Notes under the pieces: model-generated | The model's input: only the letters and a program-made list of their open reading frames with translations | What the model was told of the DNA's origin: nothing | Database searches by the model: none | Assembly: GCF_026210795.1 (NCBI RefSeq) | Contig: NC_089433.1 | Span: forward strand, 5,518,001 to 5,582,000 | From: Rhizophagus irregularis | Lineage: Eukaryota | Length of the DNA: 64,000 nucleotides | Direction: 5' to 3' | Part shown: positions 28,048-40,791 of the stretch, in pieces | How the letters are laid out: each line of letters starts with the position of its first letter | Numbering within the stretch: the stretch's first letter is position 1 | Position numbers and translations under genes: made by a program

Positions 28048-31000
28048 CTATTTATATAAATTATTTACCATCGAAGAAAGATAATCAAAGAACTTAGTTA
28101 CTAACCCTTTTCCCTCTGCTTCTTTCATTGTACGTACAGTATTAATGATCATAATCATCATACTGATTATATTCATTACTTCTTCGAAATCACTTCCTAA
28201 TTTAGTTTTTAAATATTCCATTGCTTTTTCATATTTTTCCTTTAATTCTGGTTGAATATGAGTCGTTTTTAGGAAGTTTAAAATTATAGCAGTATGCATT
28301 AACTGTTCATTTCGTAAATATAGGTGCATTTTATCTCCTTCGGATTCGAGACAACTTGTAACGTGAAGTACCAATGACTCAAATTTAAGTTCTTTAGAAA
28401 CAGTATCAGAAAGTTGTAGAGATCCATCATTCCTTTGGCATGATAATGCATCATGTATTACTTCTTTGGTGAATTTAGCTATATCGGTCAATACTTTAGT
28501 TACTAACTCTTTTTCCTCTACTTCTTTCGTTGCAGTATTAATGATTATATTGATTCTATCCGTTACTTTTTTGAAATCACTTTCTAATTCAGTTATTAAA
28601 TATTTCACTGCTTTTTCATATTTTTCCTTTAATTCTGGTGGAATATGTTTCGTTTCTAGGAAGTTAAAAATTATAGCAGTATGTAGTAACTGTTTATTAT
28701 CTCGTAAACATTGGTTCTTTGGCACTTTATCTCCTTCGGATTCGAGACAACGTTCAACATGAGATACCAATGACTCAAATTTAAGTTTTTTAGAAACAGT
28801 ATCAGAAAATTGTAGAGATCCATTAACCCTTTGACATGATAATGCATCACGTATTACTTCTTCGGTGAATTTAGCTGTATCGGTCAATACTTTAGCCTTT
28901 TCCTCTTCTTTCATTGCGCATACAGTATTAATGATCATACTGATATTCATTACTTTTTCGGAATCACTTCCTAATTCAGTTCTTAAATATTCCACTGCTT
29001 TTTCATATTTTTCCTTTAATTCTGGTGGAATATTAGTCGTTTTTAGGAAGTACAAAATTATAGCAGTATGCAGTAACTGTTTATTATCTCGTAAACATTG
29101 GTTCTTTGGCACTTTATCTCCTTCGAATTTGAGACAACGTTCAACATGAGATACCAATGAATCAGTCGAAAGTTCTTTAGAAACAGTATCGGTGGATTTA
29201 GCTGTATCGGTCAATACTCTATTTACTAACCCTTTTTCCTCTGCTTCTTTCATTGCACGTACAATATTAATGATCATACTGATTCTATCCATTACTTTTT
29301 CGGAATTATCACTTTCTAATTCAATTCTTAAATATTTCACTGCTTTTTCATATTTTCCCTTTAATTCTGGTGGAATATGTTTCGTTTTTAGGAAGTATAA
29401 AATTATAGCAGTATGCAGTAACTGTTTATTCTCTCGTAAATATTGGTTCTTTGGCACTTCATCTCCTTCGTATTTGAGACAACGTTCAACATGAGATACC
29501 AATGAATCAGTCGACTCAAATTTAAGTTCTTTAGAAACAGTATCAGAAAGTTGTAGAGATCCATCCTCCCTTTGGCGTGATAATGCATCATGTATTACTT
29601 CTTCGGTGGATTTAGCTGTATCAGATCCCCAACTAGACAAAGAAGACAAAATAGATTCTTTCTTTTTATTAAAAGCTTTCTCAACTACTAATTTCTCACA
29701 GGATTCTAAAATTTCTTTTTCTAATTTTTCATCCTTGATTTGAGTACGCAACCAAGCGAGGGCTCTTTCCTTTTGAGTCGTCATTTTTGATTGATGTTTT
29801 CCTAACATTTTATTGCAATAAGCAATTGTTATAAATGTATCCCATACTTTGGTATCTAAGTTTTTGACACGTTCATCAGTAATACGGACGGAGGATGAAA
29901 TATTTTCAGTTGTGATTTCTCCAAGTTTTTCGGTAATCTGGTCAGATATTTTATCATATGAACCCTCTTCATTTTGAATTTCAATAATTTTTGTGATCTC
30001 TTCTTCAGTTACAGTTTCTTGAATTTCTTGGACAATCGTTTGTTCCGCTTTTTCTTTGATTACTTTCTTGGCTGCATGATCGACAACAACTGTATCGGTT
30101 TTTTCTAATAATTCTTTAATTTTTTCTTCACTTCCTAATTCAGTCTTCAAATATTTTTCTGCTTTTGCAACTTTTTCTTTCAATTCTGGTGAAGCGTCAG
30201 TAGATGATGTTTTTCTGAGGAAGGATAAGGTTATAGCTGTATCTATTACTTTTTTGTTCTCTGGTGCTTTTGTTCCTTTACCGATGAAATAAGTTTTAGT
30301 AGATGAAACTAATGATTCATTAGATTCAACATCAAGCGCCTTAGAAATGGTGTCAGGGAGTTCTAAGGATCCATCTTCTTTTTGGGATGATACTATTTGT
30401 TTTGCTTTTTCGGTTGTGGTAGAGCTTTTGATAGTGGAAACGGCATCTTCCTTTCCTTTTTTGACACTTTGATCAACAATAATCTTTTCCGACGTTGTTA
30501 ATAACTCTTCTACTAATTTTTCATCTTTGAGTTCCTCAATAAGGTACTTCTTGGCTTTTTCAAATTGTTCTTTATGTTGATCTTGAGATTGAGAGGTAAT
30601 ATTTAAGTAACGGAGTGATAAGGCTGTCTCCCATACGTTCTTTGGGAGTGATTTTAATTTATCGCTAACACCATAAGTTTGAATTGAGGATTTTATGTTA
30701 TCAGAAGAGATGTTAATTTGATCGGAAACGGTTTTGTCTAATTTAATAGAACCATCGGGTTTTTGGTTTTCGACGATCGTGGTTTCTGATTTAAGATTAA
30801 TTAGCGTAGAAACTACAGTATCGGTTGTATTTTTACCCAAAGAATCCTTGGTTTGTTCATGCAATGATCCAATAGTAACGTCGACTTTATATGAAACAAG
30901 CTTCTTAGCACTTTCAGGCTTTAATTTAAGCCTAACAAGATCAGTGAATTTAATAACAAATTCTTCAGCAAATTTTACAGCAAATTTTTTGATAAGTTTA

Positions 31001-32099
31001 GATTTTTTAATTTTTGTTGATTGAGATACGTCTATGGTTGCAGATTGTATTGCTTCGCCAACCCAACTGACCCAAGAAGATTCACTGGTTTTAAAGTGTT
31101 TGATGATAAATTTTTTGGCCAAATTATATAATCGTTCTTCAATGTCTTTATCGATTGTTTTCAAATAATTTTCATATATATTATATGAATTCCACATCAC
31201 GTGATTCATATAAGGCACATAATCTTTCTCGTTCCATAATGAAGCTTTAAAGAGTGCTGTAGGAGGTAAAAAGTTACGTAATGTATTCAATACATGAGCA
31301 AAATATCTTATGTAATTAATAAAATTATAATTATTTCAAGTTACCTGCAATTAATATATTATCAGAAATAGTTTTTACTTTTTCATCATTAATAGTATCA
31401 ACAAATGTTTTTATCAATTCCTTTAATTCCTTTTCGGAATTAAAATTAAATAAGATTACTAATTTGTCTAGTTTGACACTATCATTTTGAGTTATCAAAT
31501 TACATAAACTATAAAAGAAAATAATAGTTTTAGAAAATTTTGTTGTTTTTGTTGTAAATTCACGATTAGAAAAGGAATAGAAATCGGCATCAAAACGGAG
31601 ATTTCCTTTATTAGGTCTGGGTAGTATACTATTTTTTGGTTTTATTAAATCATGTTCAAGATCCAATTTCTTTCCTTCAATGAAGTTTTTTGGATTAAAG
31701 ATATAAGATCCCAAACTTATAGACTTAAAGAAAGCAATATCACCACAAACTCGAATCTTTAATTTTTTATCAATATTATAAATTGGAATATAAAAGACTT
31801 GATTCCACTTTGAATTGATGTTTTCGCAGACATGAGTTTTGCTATATTTATTACCACTCTCTAAACAAGTAATTCTTACATCTAAAGTATCACTATTGAG
31901 ATTTTTAACATTTACAATATTAATTCGCGCTACTCCAAGTAAATCTAATTTGATAAAATTCATAACTATTAATAAATGACTCAATAAAACAAAATTTTAA
32001 ATTGATTTTTCACGGACTTGATTCAGAGACATCTTCCTTTGAAAATTCTACAGTATTAGGTTCCGTACTAATAGGATCATTTTCACTTATTGTAGACAT
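28048..32099 (-). CDS. Large protein: N-terminal C2-like domain plus about 7-8 helical Q-x-x-DGS repeats; exons about 32018-32099, 31345-31944, 28048-31256
   Basis: The 217-aa ORF has C2 features (GVARINI, SKTHV..NINSKWNQVFYIPI, LKIRV). Intron 31257-31344 (GTAACT...CTACAG) joins it in frame to the 1080-aa ORF with repeats Q..DGS(L/I).L...TAI.L..L...EKA..YL..EL. Confidence 0.75.
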
Positions 32100-32661
32100 T
32101 GTTCTATAATCAAAACTCAGGCAAGAAAGAGAAGTTTAAATAACCTTTAACATACATGTAATCGTTTACCATAACTGAAAATAAAGATAAGTGTATACAA
32201 CGGCGTATTTGCATAATTGAGCATATAAAATAAATAAAATAAGTGCATTGCTTAATTTATCACCTAAAATAACGAGCAGATAATTACATATAAACAAATT
32301 TAGATTTGATTTTATAATGACCTAATTTATGCATTTTTTACTTGGGTGATATCATTTCTTTATAGGTTTGAACATTTGTAAATAATTTGAATTTAAGACA
32401 TTTCACATCTCATAATTTAATAATATTATTAACAAAAAAATTCTTTTTTGAGTATTCATTTTTTTTAATAATAGATGAAGCGAAATCAAAAAAGATTATT
32501 GGTAATACAAAATGGAAGTTTTTTCATTATTTAAAATTACTTTGTTTGTAAATAAAGATAAACTTGATGAACATTAAAATGGTTAGCGTAAAATATTTTA
32601 TCATTAGCATTGTACGTATTCATTAAAAATTTCTAAGTTAATTTTATTTTTACGAAACTGG

Positions 32662-32842
32662 TTGCATTTTTTTTTTATTTCAACCTTGCATTGCATGAAT
32701 TTCATTGTGATATTCTTTTTTGTATAGACTTAAAATATATTGGGTGATCTCTTGCATTTTTTTTTTATTTCAAATTGTGCATTGCATGAATTTCATTTTG
32801 ATATTCTTTTTTGTATAGACTTAAAATATATTGGGTGATCTC
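32662..32842. repeat. Direct tandem duplication (2 x about 90 bp) upstream of the TRP-like gene
   Basis: ttgcatttt...gcattgcatgaatttcatt.tgatattcttttttgtatagacttaaaatatattgggtgatctc at 32662-32751 and 32752-32842. Confidence 0.9.
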
Positions 32843-32950
32843 AATCAAAATTTGTATTTTACTGCGATAATTTTTTAAGTGATTCGTGTATAAAAGAATA
32901 ATTTCTTTTAGAATTTTTTGTCGCTTTTTCATATTTTATAAGAAAAAGAA

Positions 32951-35900
32951 ATGAATTCTGCTATAGTAAAGAATTACGTAGCCATTAGCCCGGATGGTTC
33001 GATAATAGTAAAGTTTAATCCAGGTACAGATAGTACAGATCCTTATATATTGATCAAAAAGGTGGATACAGATGACAAGATGGTGGATACAGATGACAAG
33101 AAAATAACGAATATATTTGATAAGAATGTCCTTAATGTCCTTAATGTCCTTGAATGGTCTTTAGCAGTTTCGGATATCAATGGAAATTATTTTTTTGTCG
33201 CGATCTCTTACATAATTGGCGAAGACGTGCCTCCGACTACTCCGTCTAAAAGCGATAAAAAGCCAGATAAACCAGTTCTAATAAAGGCATATTTTAGAAA
33301 AATTAATGACATTTTTGGACCTTTTATTTTCTTTCTTCTCATAATCCTTTTTATCATTCCCTTTATCTGCATTCTCCCTTTCGTTTTATATTCTCTCCTT
33401 TACGATCGTCTCTTTCCTCCCTACAATAAAAGAATGTTCAATAATGAAGTATTTGAACAATTTCAATTATTCTTGAAACCTAAAAAATCTGAAAACAAAG
33501 GAATGATAAAGATTTTCAGATTTGACTTGTCCCACTTGAATTCTGAAAAGAAAGACTCGGAGTCCGTGTCCCTCTCAGGAATCACGTACCCTTTTAATGG
33601 AGTTGTTGGTTTTCTACCTTCGAAGAATAGCACGATACTTGTTTGCATGAATTATATAAGAATGCAAAAATTTCGTATAAATAATAAAAATAAAGTCTCA
33701 TTTGAAATGATTGAAAAAGATAGCTTTTTGCTACCTGAGAATTTATTTAATTTATTTAAAGAATTAGAAAGCAGCAAGGATGTAGAACGAAATTGGAAAT
33801 ATCTTTTGAAGTCAAGATATCGGGAATTTTTAATGACTGACAAAGGTTATAATCAACAAATGCAGCATATTGAAATTTATAATATTAATACTTCACAATT
33901 AGTAAACGTTTTTTACATAAATCGTGAAAAAACCAACGAACCTGAGATTTCCATAATATCGAATGATTCAGATTTAATTGGCTTAAATAACGAACCTGGA
34001 ATTTTCGCAATATCGACTGATTCAGATTTATTTGCTTATTCCTATGGAGACAACAATATTATTACGATATATTTAATGGAAAGTGGACTCGAAGTTGTTT
34101 CAAAAAAATTTGATTGTGTTTTAAAAATTAAATTTTTGGAATTTATTGATGAGAATAAAAAATTATTCTTCATCGGAGAAGATACAAATGGTGATATGAA
34201 ATTTCATATTTGGCTGTTAACGGGATGTTTAGATGATCTTTTTATCATTGAACATAATACTTCTATTCTATCGAATTATGATTATAGTTTAACAAAAGCA
34301 AATGGGATGGTAGTTTTTCTTGACGATAAAATAAAAATTAATATTTTACATAATTTAATCGATAACGATTCTGTAAAATCTATGAAATCTAGTTCCGAAA
34401 ATTTATCAAATGAAAATTTTAAAACATTTAAAGATTTATATCTCGAGATAGACGATAAAAGCAACCCTGATTTAGATGACGACGAGACTACTGTTATGAA
34501 TATTGCATGTGGATTACTTGTTTACTCATATAATAACCGTAATGATCGGAAAAAAATTATTGATTCTAAACATGTTAACGAAATTATAAAATTTATTAAA
34601 ACTTTCATTAAAAACCATCCTGATCACTGGAAACTCATGGAGATTCAATATCCTTTAATGGCACTTCTAATTTGTGCTCGATCAATTTCTTTAATCAAAT
34701 TCATTCTATTTGACAAAGACTCAAAAGCCAAAAACTTACATAGACCTCGAAGTCAATATGGTTCTTACCCATATCATCATGAGAGTTTGAAATTATCGAA
34801 ATTGGATAATGATTTGAAATTAGCTTTAAGTTTTTGTAAAGGTTAGCACTTTAAATTATTGTTTTATCAATATTATTTAATTGTATTTTTTATTTTAATT
34901 TTCTTTTTTTATTTAATAGATCGAGATGCTGTTATGTTGGCATATTTATTAGAATATTATTCAGAAAATTCTCTATCTCATATTGGTTGGATGATTAATG
35001 TTACAGAAATTCTTCCGGAATTATCTAAACATAAATATGGTATGCTCATTTATACTATTTTATTTTAATAATATTTTTATTTAAAAAAACTTATCATACT
35101 GTATATTATAGCCAATTATGTGGATTTATTATATTATAAATCTTGTTTTGGAGAGATGAAATATAATTTTCCGAATAAAAGATTTAAAACTGTATCATTT
35201 AAGCAAGATTTATTAGAAGTTTATTTACCGCTCACTCAACTTATACCTACAAATTTTGTTTCTTTGCTTACTTATTCGAAATATAGAAAATTAAGGTAAG
35301 TGTAGTTCTAAATATCGTTTAAAATCAAGTCATATTTTAAATCTGTTATTCATTTTATATTTAATATAGATATGATATGTTGTCTGATATTTGTATGGTT
35401 CCGCTTCCAAATTTTACAACTTGTCCAAATGAAGAAACTGATGAAGAACCCGAAGAAACTGGAGAATTTGAAAAATTTTGGGCGGTTTTGAAAATATTTG
35501 CAAAATTCTTAAGAAAAATCTTTATTCCAATTAATCCGTTTAGGCAGAATGAACAATTTAGTCCGTTTCTTCAAGTTGAAAAAAATAACAGCCCATTTTT
35601 TTATATTCCGGCTATGGAAGCAATTATAAATTCAAGATGGAATCAAACAAAAACTAATTGGATGATTTTTTTGATTAAATATTTTATATTTTTAGTCTTA
35701 TATTCTTATCTTACTCAAATGTTTTTAAATAATCATGAAAATTACAGCAAAACGGCAAATATAGTTATGATCGTAATATTTTATTACCTTGGAATTGATT
35801 TATCCATCGTTGAGTTTATGCGGATGAAAAATAATTTAACCATGTTACACATATTTGATCTATGTAGTACCATTTTTGGTATAACTAATCTTACGTTAAT

Positions 35901-36849
35901 GTTTTTTGTATTTGATGATGAATGGATTATTCTTTTAACATCAGTAACTACTTTAATACTTTGGATTGAAATGGTATGTTTAATACTTTTTTATGTATTA
36001 TAAATTTTTAATTTAATCATATTAAATTGTTATTGTTATTTATTTCCTCAAGCTCTTATGGTTACGATTATTTTCAGGAATAGCAATTAACATCTACATA
36101 TTCGGAAGTATTTTAAAAATCATTATTCCGTTTTTTGCATTCATGATTGTTTTAACAGTTGGATTTGGCCATTCAATGTAAATTTTTTTTATTTTATTCA
36201 TTCTTGTATTAAGTTATTACAAGAAAATAAATTTTTTTTTCTATATTTATAAACAGGTTTATTCTTTTCGGATATCCATCACTTGTTAACTTACATCCTT
36301 CAGTTTCAACTTATACATTAAATAATGGATCTGAAAATTTCACTTTAACTGAAACTGAACCAGATAATCCATTTGATACACCGGTGGATGCCATTCTTTC
36401 TGCATACTATTGGAATACACTTAACTTTGGTAATTATGATTATTGGCCACTAAAATTATTAGCTTTTTTGGCAAATATCATTCTGGTTCTTGTTTTATTA
36501 AATATGATTATCGCATTGATGAAGTAAGTAATATAAATTATATTTATTTATTAAGAAGTATATTATTCATGAATTTTATTTAACCTTTAAAAATATATAT
36601 TACATATATAGTGATGCATTTAATAAAGCTAAAGAAGATGGCAGACATGGACTTTCAATATTCAGATCAGAACTTATTTATGATTATGAAAAACTTTATA
36701 GTGCAGACTCTCATAAACCATTACAAACGTCAAAATATATTTGTTTTCGTCGAGATTCAAATTTAATGAAAGAATGGTTAAGTAAATCTGAAGAAATCAG
36801 AAAGAATAAATTATATTCATGGTTTAATGAAAGTTTATCTAGCAAATGA
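32951..36849 (+). CDS. TRP-like cation channel with N-terminal beta-propeller-like region, about 7 exons
   Basis: Pre-S1 PAMEAIINSRW; S4 LLWLRLF; S5 PFFAFMIVLTVGFGHSMFIL; pore DNPFDT; S6 LVLLNMIIALM.DAF; TRP helix FRSELIYDYE. Confidence 0.88.
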
Positions 36850-37184
36850 TTATAATAATAATGATTAAGAGAATAATAATTTGTCTAGAAAATATTTATT
36901 TTTTTTTTGTAATTTTAATTTGAATAATAAATAGATTGGTTTGTAGCTATCTTTAAATCACAATACCAATTTTAATTTTTTTTTTAAAAAAAAATAATGT
37001 AAAAATGTAATTTCAAATTAAAATTAGACAATTTCTTTAGAGTATACATATAAATTGTACTGTACGGTCAGGTCGGTCAGCTATACTAACTGCAATTGTA
37101 CGTAACAATTGTACAGTACAAGATTTTCATGTGATACTGATTATTTTGATGAAAGTTCAGAAAAAACCTGAATTAAATAATTTA

Positions 37185-37720
37185 ACGAACGTTAGCTAAT
37201 GTTTGTTTTGATCTTTGTAGGTCCAAGACGTTGCCAGATTCCATTTTGAAGGTAAAATTTTTGAAATGATTTTTTTCTTTTTTTTAACGGACGTTATACT
37301 AACGTTCATTTTTCTTTTATTTTTATAGGTCAGGATGCTGCCAGACTCCATTTCAAAGGTATTTTTTTCAAAAGCTTTTTTATTTATTAATTTTATTTAA
37401 CAAACGTTAGCTAACATTTGTTCTTATTTTTTGTAAATCCAGAATACCGAAGGTGTGATCCTGGACTCATTTTGAAGGTAACTTCAATTGTTTTTTTTGA
37501 TTTATTTCAGCGAAGCATTACTATTGTTCCAGTTTTTCTTTTGTAGGTATTTGGCTTTCCAAAACTCTCCTGAATGGAATTTTGAAGTTACTTCTTCGAA
37601 ATCATTTTATTTTTTTATTTTTATTTTTGTTTTATTTTAGCAAAATCGTTTTATGTCTTTTTTTTAGGATCAGGAAGTTGGAGCACTCCTATTTCGAAAG
37701 TAAAACTTTTATTTATTTTT
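37185..37720 (+). repeat. Array of five degenerate intron-plus-micro-exon modules (about 110-120 bp each)
   Basis: Repeated branch (CTAAC/CTAAT) - polypyrimidine - TAG | 30-41 nt ending TTT(G/C)AAG-like | GTA. Confidence 0.7.
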
Positions 37721-37896
37721 TTAAATTTTATTAATGAAACATTTTTATTATGTAAATTTTTGTTCAACTTATTATTTAGTCAAGTGATCATCAATCAGAT
37801 GATTTTTTGGTATTACAAAACAATTTTGAGTAACGAAACTTGTGCAAATCAATTCAATAACTCTTTTTAATGCAGAGTAGACAAATCAGCCCATAT

Positions 37897-38912
37897 ATAG
37901 GGTTGATCACCCTATCTCAGTAGTTGGTTACTGAGACCCTCATTAAGCCTGAGTATGGTGAGGTCGCAGGTTCGATTCCCATGATCACGGAAATAAAAAG
38001 AATTTTACTGCGGACGCTACCACCAATAGCGTGAAGATACAGGAATTAGGTAGTTGGACTGCACCATGGTGAATTAGTGTGTACGGTTAGGCCGCACATT
38101 TCAACAAAGGGTTATGGTGTCCTTCTAACATTCTCTATGAGGTCATTGGGATGTTTGGAGTCCTGTCTGTGAGGTCACTGCTTGCATACCTTGGGGTAAT
38201 TTCCTGTCCAGGTGGTCACTCAAATGATACCGCTTGGGGTCCAATGTAGCTAGATGGTTATTATAGATGGTAAAATCCTGGGTGCAATGACTTTGTGATA
38301 GTTTACCTTCTAATAGGTTTAGGCCAACTAGGATATTCCTGAACAGACAGGTGTACTAGGTGAGGTATGGAATTCAACTCCCTACTAGGCGGGTACTGGG
38401 TGGCAGCTTGGGTGGTAGGGCACCACTGGAAATAATCCCAAACAAGCGAGTCTGTACTATCTCATGTTTTCTCTGTCTCAGTGGTCACTACTATACCATT
38501 GGAGATTCACAACTGTACTGGGGGTGGGCTAAGGAATCGTGAGGCTGTAGTGGCCTGGTGTCGAGCTTTCAGTTCTTCGAAGTGTGAATGTTAGTACAGA
38601 AGGGTTTCTAGATGATTGCCATTACATCTGGCACTGAAAGTCCTCCATTACTAAAACAGGCCAGGGTGGCATAATATAAATTTGAGCTTGTCTTGCCTCT
38701 AGAATGGATAAAGGATGAGTAGAGGGTTATAGCTAGCCAGTTAGTATTCTGTCGATGGATAGGGACTATCCTGAGGTCAAACTAAAATGGCAGTTGTAGT
38801 GATAAAAAATTTGCCTACTAACACCAGTTGGATGGTAGTCGTTGGTAAATGTTGGACTACCATGCTATAAATAGGTTCTTAAATGTGAACCTTTACCTTG
38901 AGTCAAATAACA
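37897..38912 (+). mobile_element. About 1-kb tRNA-headed SINE-like element flanked by an 18-bp direct repeat
   Basis: AGACAAATCAGCCCATAT at 37879-37896 and 38913-38930; head with A-box-like TCTCAGTAGTTGG and B-box GGTTCGATTCCC; body much more GC-rich than flanks. Confidence 0.75.
37904..37988 (+). pseudogene. tRNA-derived head (pseudo-tRNA; AAG at the anticodon position)
   Basis: Hairpin TCTCAGTA/TACTGAGA; CTCA-TTAAGCC-TGAG arm; T-loop GGTTCGATTCC; TGATCA at both ends; non-canonical spacing. Confidence 0.65.
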
Positions 38913-38930
38913 AGACAAATCAGCCCATAT

Positions 38931-39760
38931 GATATATCATTATAGGTTTCAATTTTGCAATCATTTCGGTCTAAAGTTGATCCAACAATACAATCTAAAT
39001 TTGTTGAATATTGCAACCCAGACTTTAAAATTGTACAATCTGTCATGGCTACAACAGGACCTTTATAGTGTAATAAATCTAAGAGCCTTTTAAATTGAGC
39101 AACATTCTTATAACAAAGGTTGAGATTGTTAATAGCGTCTTCAGAAATACTTCTATGATACCTATATAGTACATATAAAAAATTATGCTTAATTATAAAT
39201 ATAATCATGCTAATTAGATAATTTTTAATTGTACTATCATTATCTTATTGTACGAATTGTTATACCAGCTAAATTCTGATAGAACAAATCCAATGCTTTT
39301 AAACTAATACTTCCTAATACTATAAGAAAATTTTAAAATTCAGTTAGATATTTGAGATTTCGTAAACCTTTTTCTTGTTCTTTATGTTCTGCAGCTTGTA
39401 ACATAATATAGTAAAGTCCTTTAAATACTGGTTTTTGGTCAAATGCACCTTGAACAGCTTTATTAGCAAGTTCCATCCAAAATCCTACAAATGAATCCTT
39501 AGTATTAAGAAATTCATTTAATTGTTTAATATGACCATTTTTTAGATATATTAATAACGGATTATTTTCATAATAAAATTTTGGTATAAATTTAGTATTT
39601 TTTGGATTGGAAATTACACAATGCAAATGATTCAAAAAAGTTGAATTAAAATGAATATGGGAACATGGTGAACAAGGTTGCTTATAAGTTTTTTCTCATA
39701 GTTGACTGATTGAACGCACATTCCTAAATTAAACGTCAGTATTAATAAATTGATAAATAA
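38931..39760 (-). pseudogene. Fragmented transposon-associated ORF (possibly P-element/THAP9-like), truncated at the SINE-like element
   Basis: ORFs 39333-39635 and 38903-39208 (GAFDQKPVFKGL...KGLRNLKY; NLCYKNVAQFKRL...GPVVAMTDCT.LKSGLQYS...CIVGSTL) with stops and frameshifts between them. Confidence 0.55.
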
Positions 39761-40040
39761 TCATCATACAGTTAACTAATTTTTCTTACCAAGATGATCA
39801 ATAAACCATTCTGATTCAACGATCATTTACTAATTAAAATCGATTATTTTCTCCTTATTGAACTTTTTAGAATTAAATGGTAGTTTATTTGGAAACTTAT
39901 TTGGAAACATTGTTTTTCCAATTACTTCTCATCGTCATACACCTCTATATGTAGCTAGTGCTCGATTAATATAAGTAACAATTTGTTCAGAATGGAGTTT
40001 AGAACATGGTTTATTTGGAAATAATAGCAGTGATGGTTAA

Positions 40041-40278
40041 GGTTGCTTGTCTAAACCTCTTCAAAATCCTACGATTAGTTTCATCAAAATTTTACTATAG
40101 ATTTATTATAGTTTCGGCAGAGTTTCGGCAGTTTCAGCATTTATAATAAGTTTCGGCAGTTTCGCCTTTCTCCAAAGTTTCGCCAGTTTTTTAATATAAC
40201 TTTAATATAGTTTCGGCAGAATTTCGCTTTTCGGCGAAATGCCATCTTGCCTAAATCCTTAGGTTTCAGCAAGCAACC
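40041..40278. mobile_element. 238-bp MITE (PIF/Harbinger-like), copy 1
   Basis: TIR GGTTGCTTG...CAAGCAACC; TAA at 40038-40040 and 40279-40281; internal GTTTCGGC repeats. Confidence 0.9.
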
Positions 40279-40791
40279 TAAGGACAAGTATGTTAGGCAG
40301 AGATGAAGTCTTCTAAGTCTTCTCTTACTTTTTAGGATTAGGTGTACACAGAAACAAACCAGGTAAACCAAGTTGTCATTTTTAGTTATTTATTTTACAT
40401 CTTGAGTTTCTAGAATGTTAGTTAAGCCTTTTCTCATCATAGTCGTTATTAAAAATAACTTTTTGTTTACATTTGCAAAATACTTTACATTTATTAATAA
40501 TAGTTGCACAAAATTTATTATCACTTAAGCGAGTTCGAGTATGCTTTCACTTCAACATTATAAAAGTAAAGTTTTAGTTTTTGTAAAAAAACGCATATTT
40601 AGTTTCAAATATATACTTTTAATCGTGAAAAAGGGTGAAAAAAAATACCAAAACAGGATAAATTTGCCAAAACAAATAATATGACTATGAGAAAATCCAT
40701 AAAACATATAATATGACTATAAGAAAATTCATACAATTCGCCAAAACTAAAAATTATGACTACCCCTTAATTCGTGATCTGTAAACAAAGT

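Noticed and set aside
28466..31024. Plus-strand ORFs of 94-100 aa
   Set aside because: Antisense shadows of the repetitive 1080-aa ORF.
37904..37988. Functional tRNA-Leu(AAG) gene
   Set aside because: The D-stem is over-long, the T and acceptor stems are poor, and it is fused to a 1-kb element with flanking repeats; better read as a SINE head.
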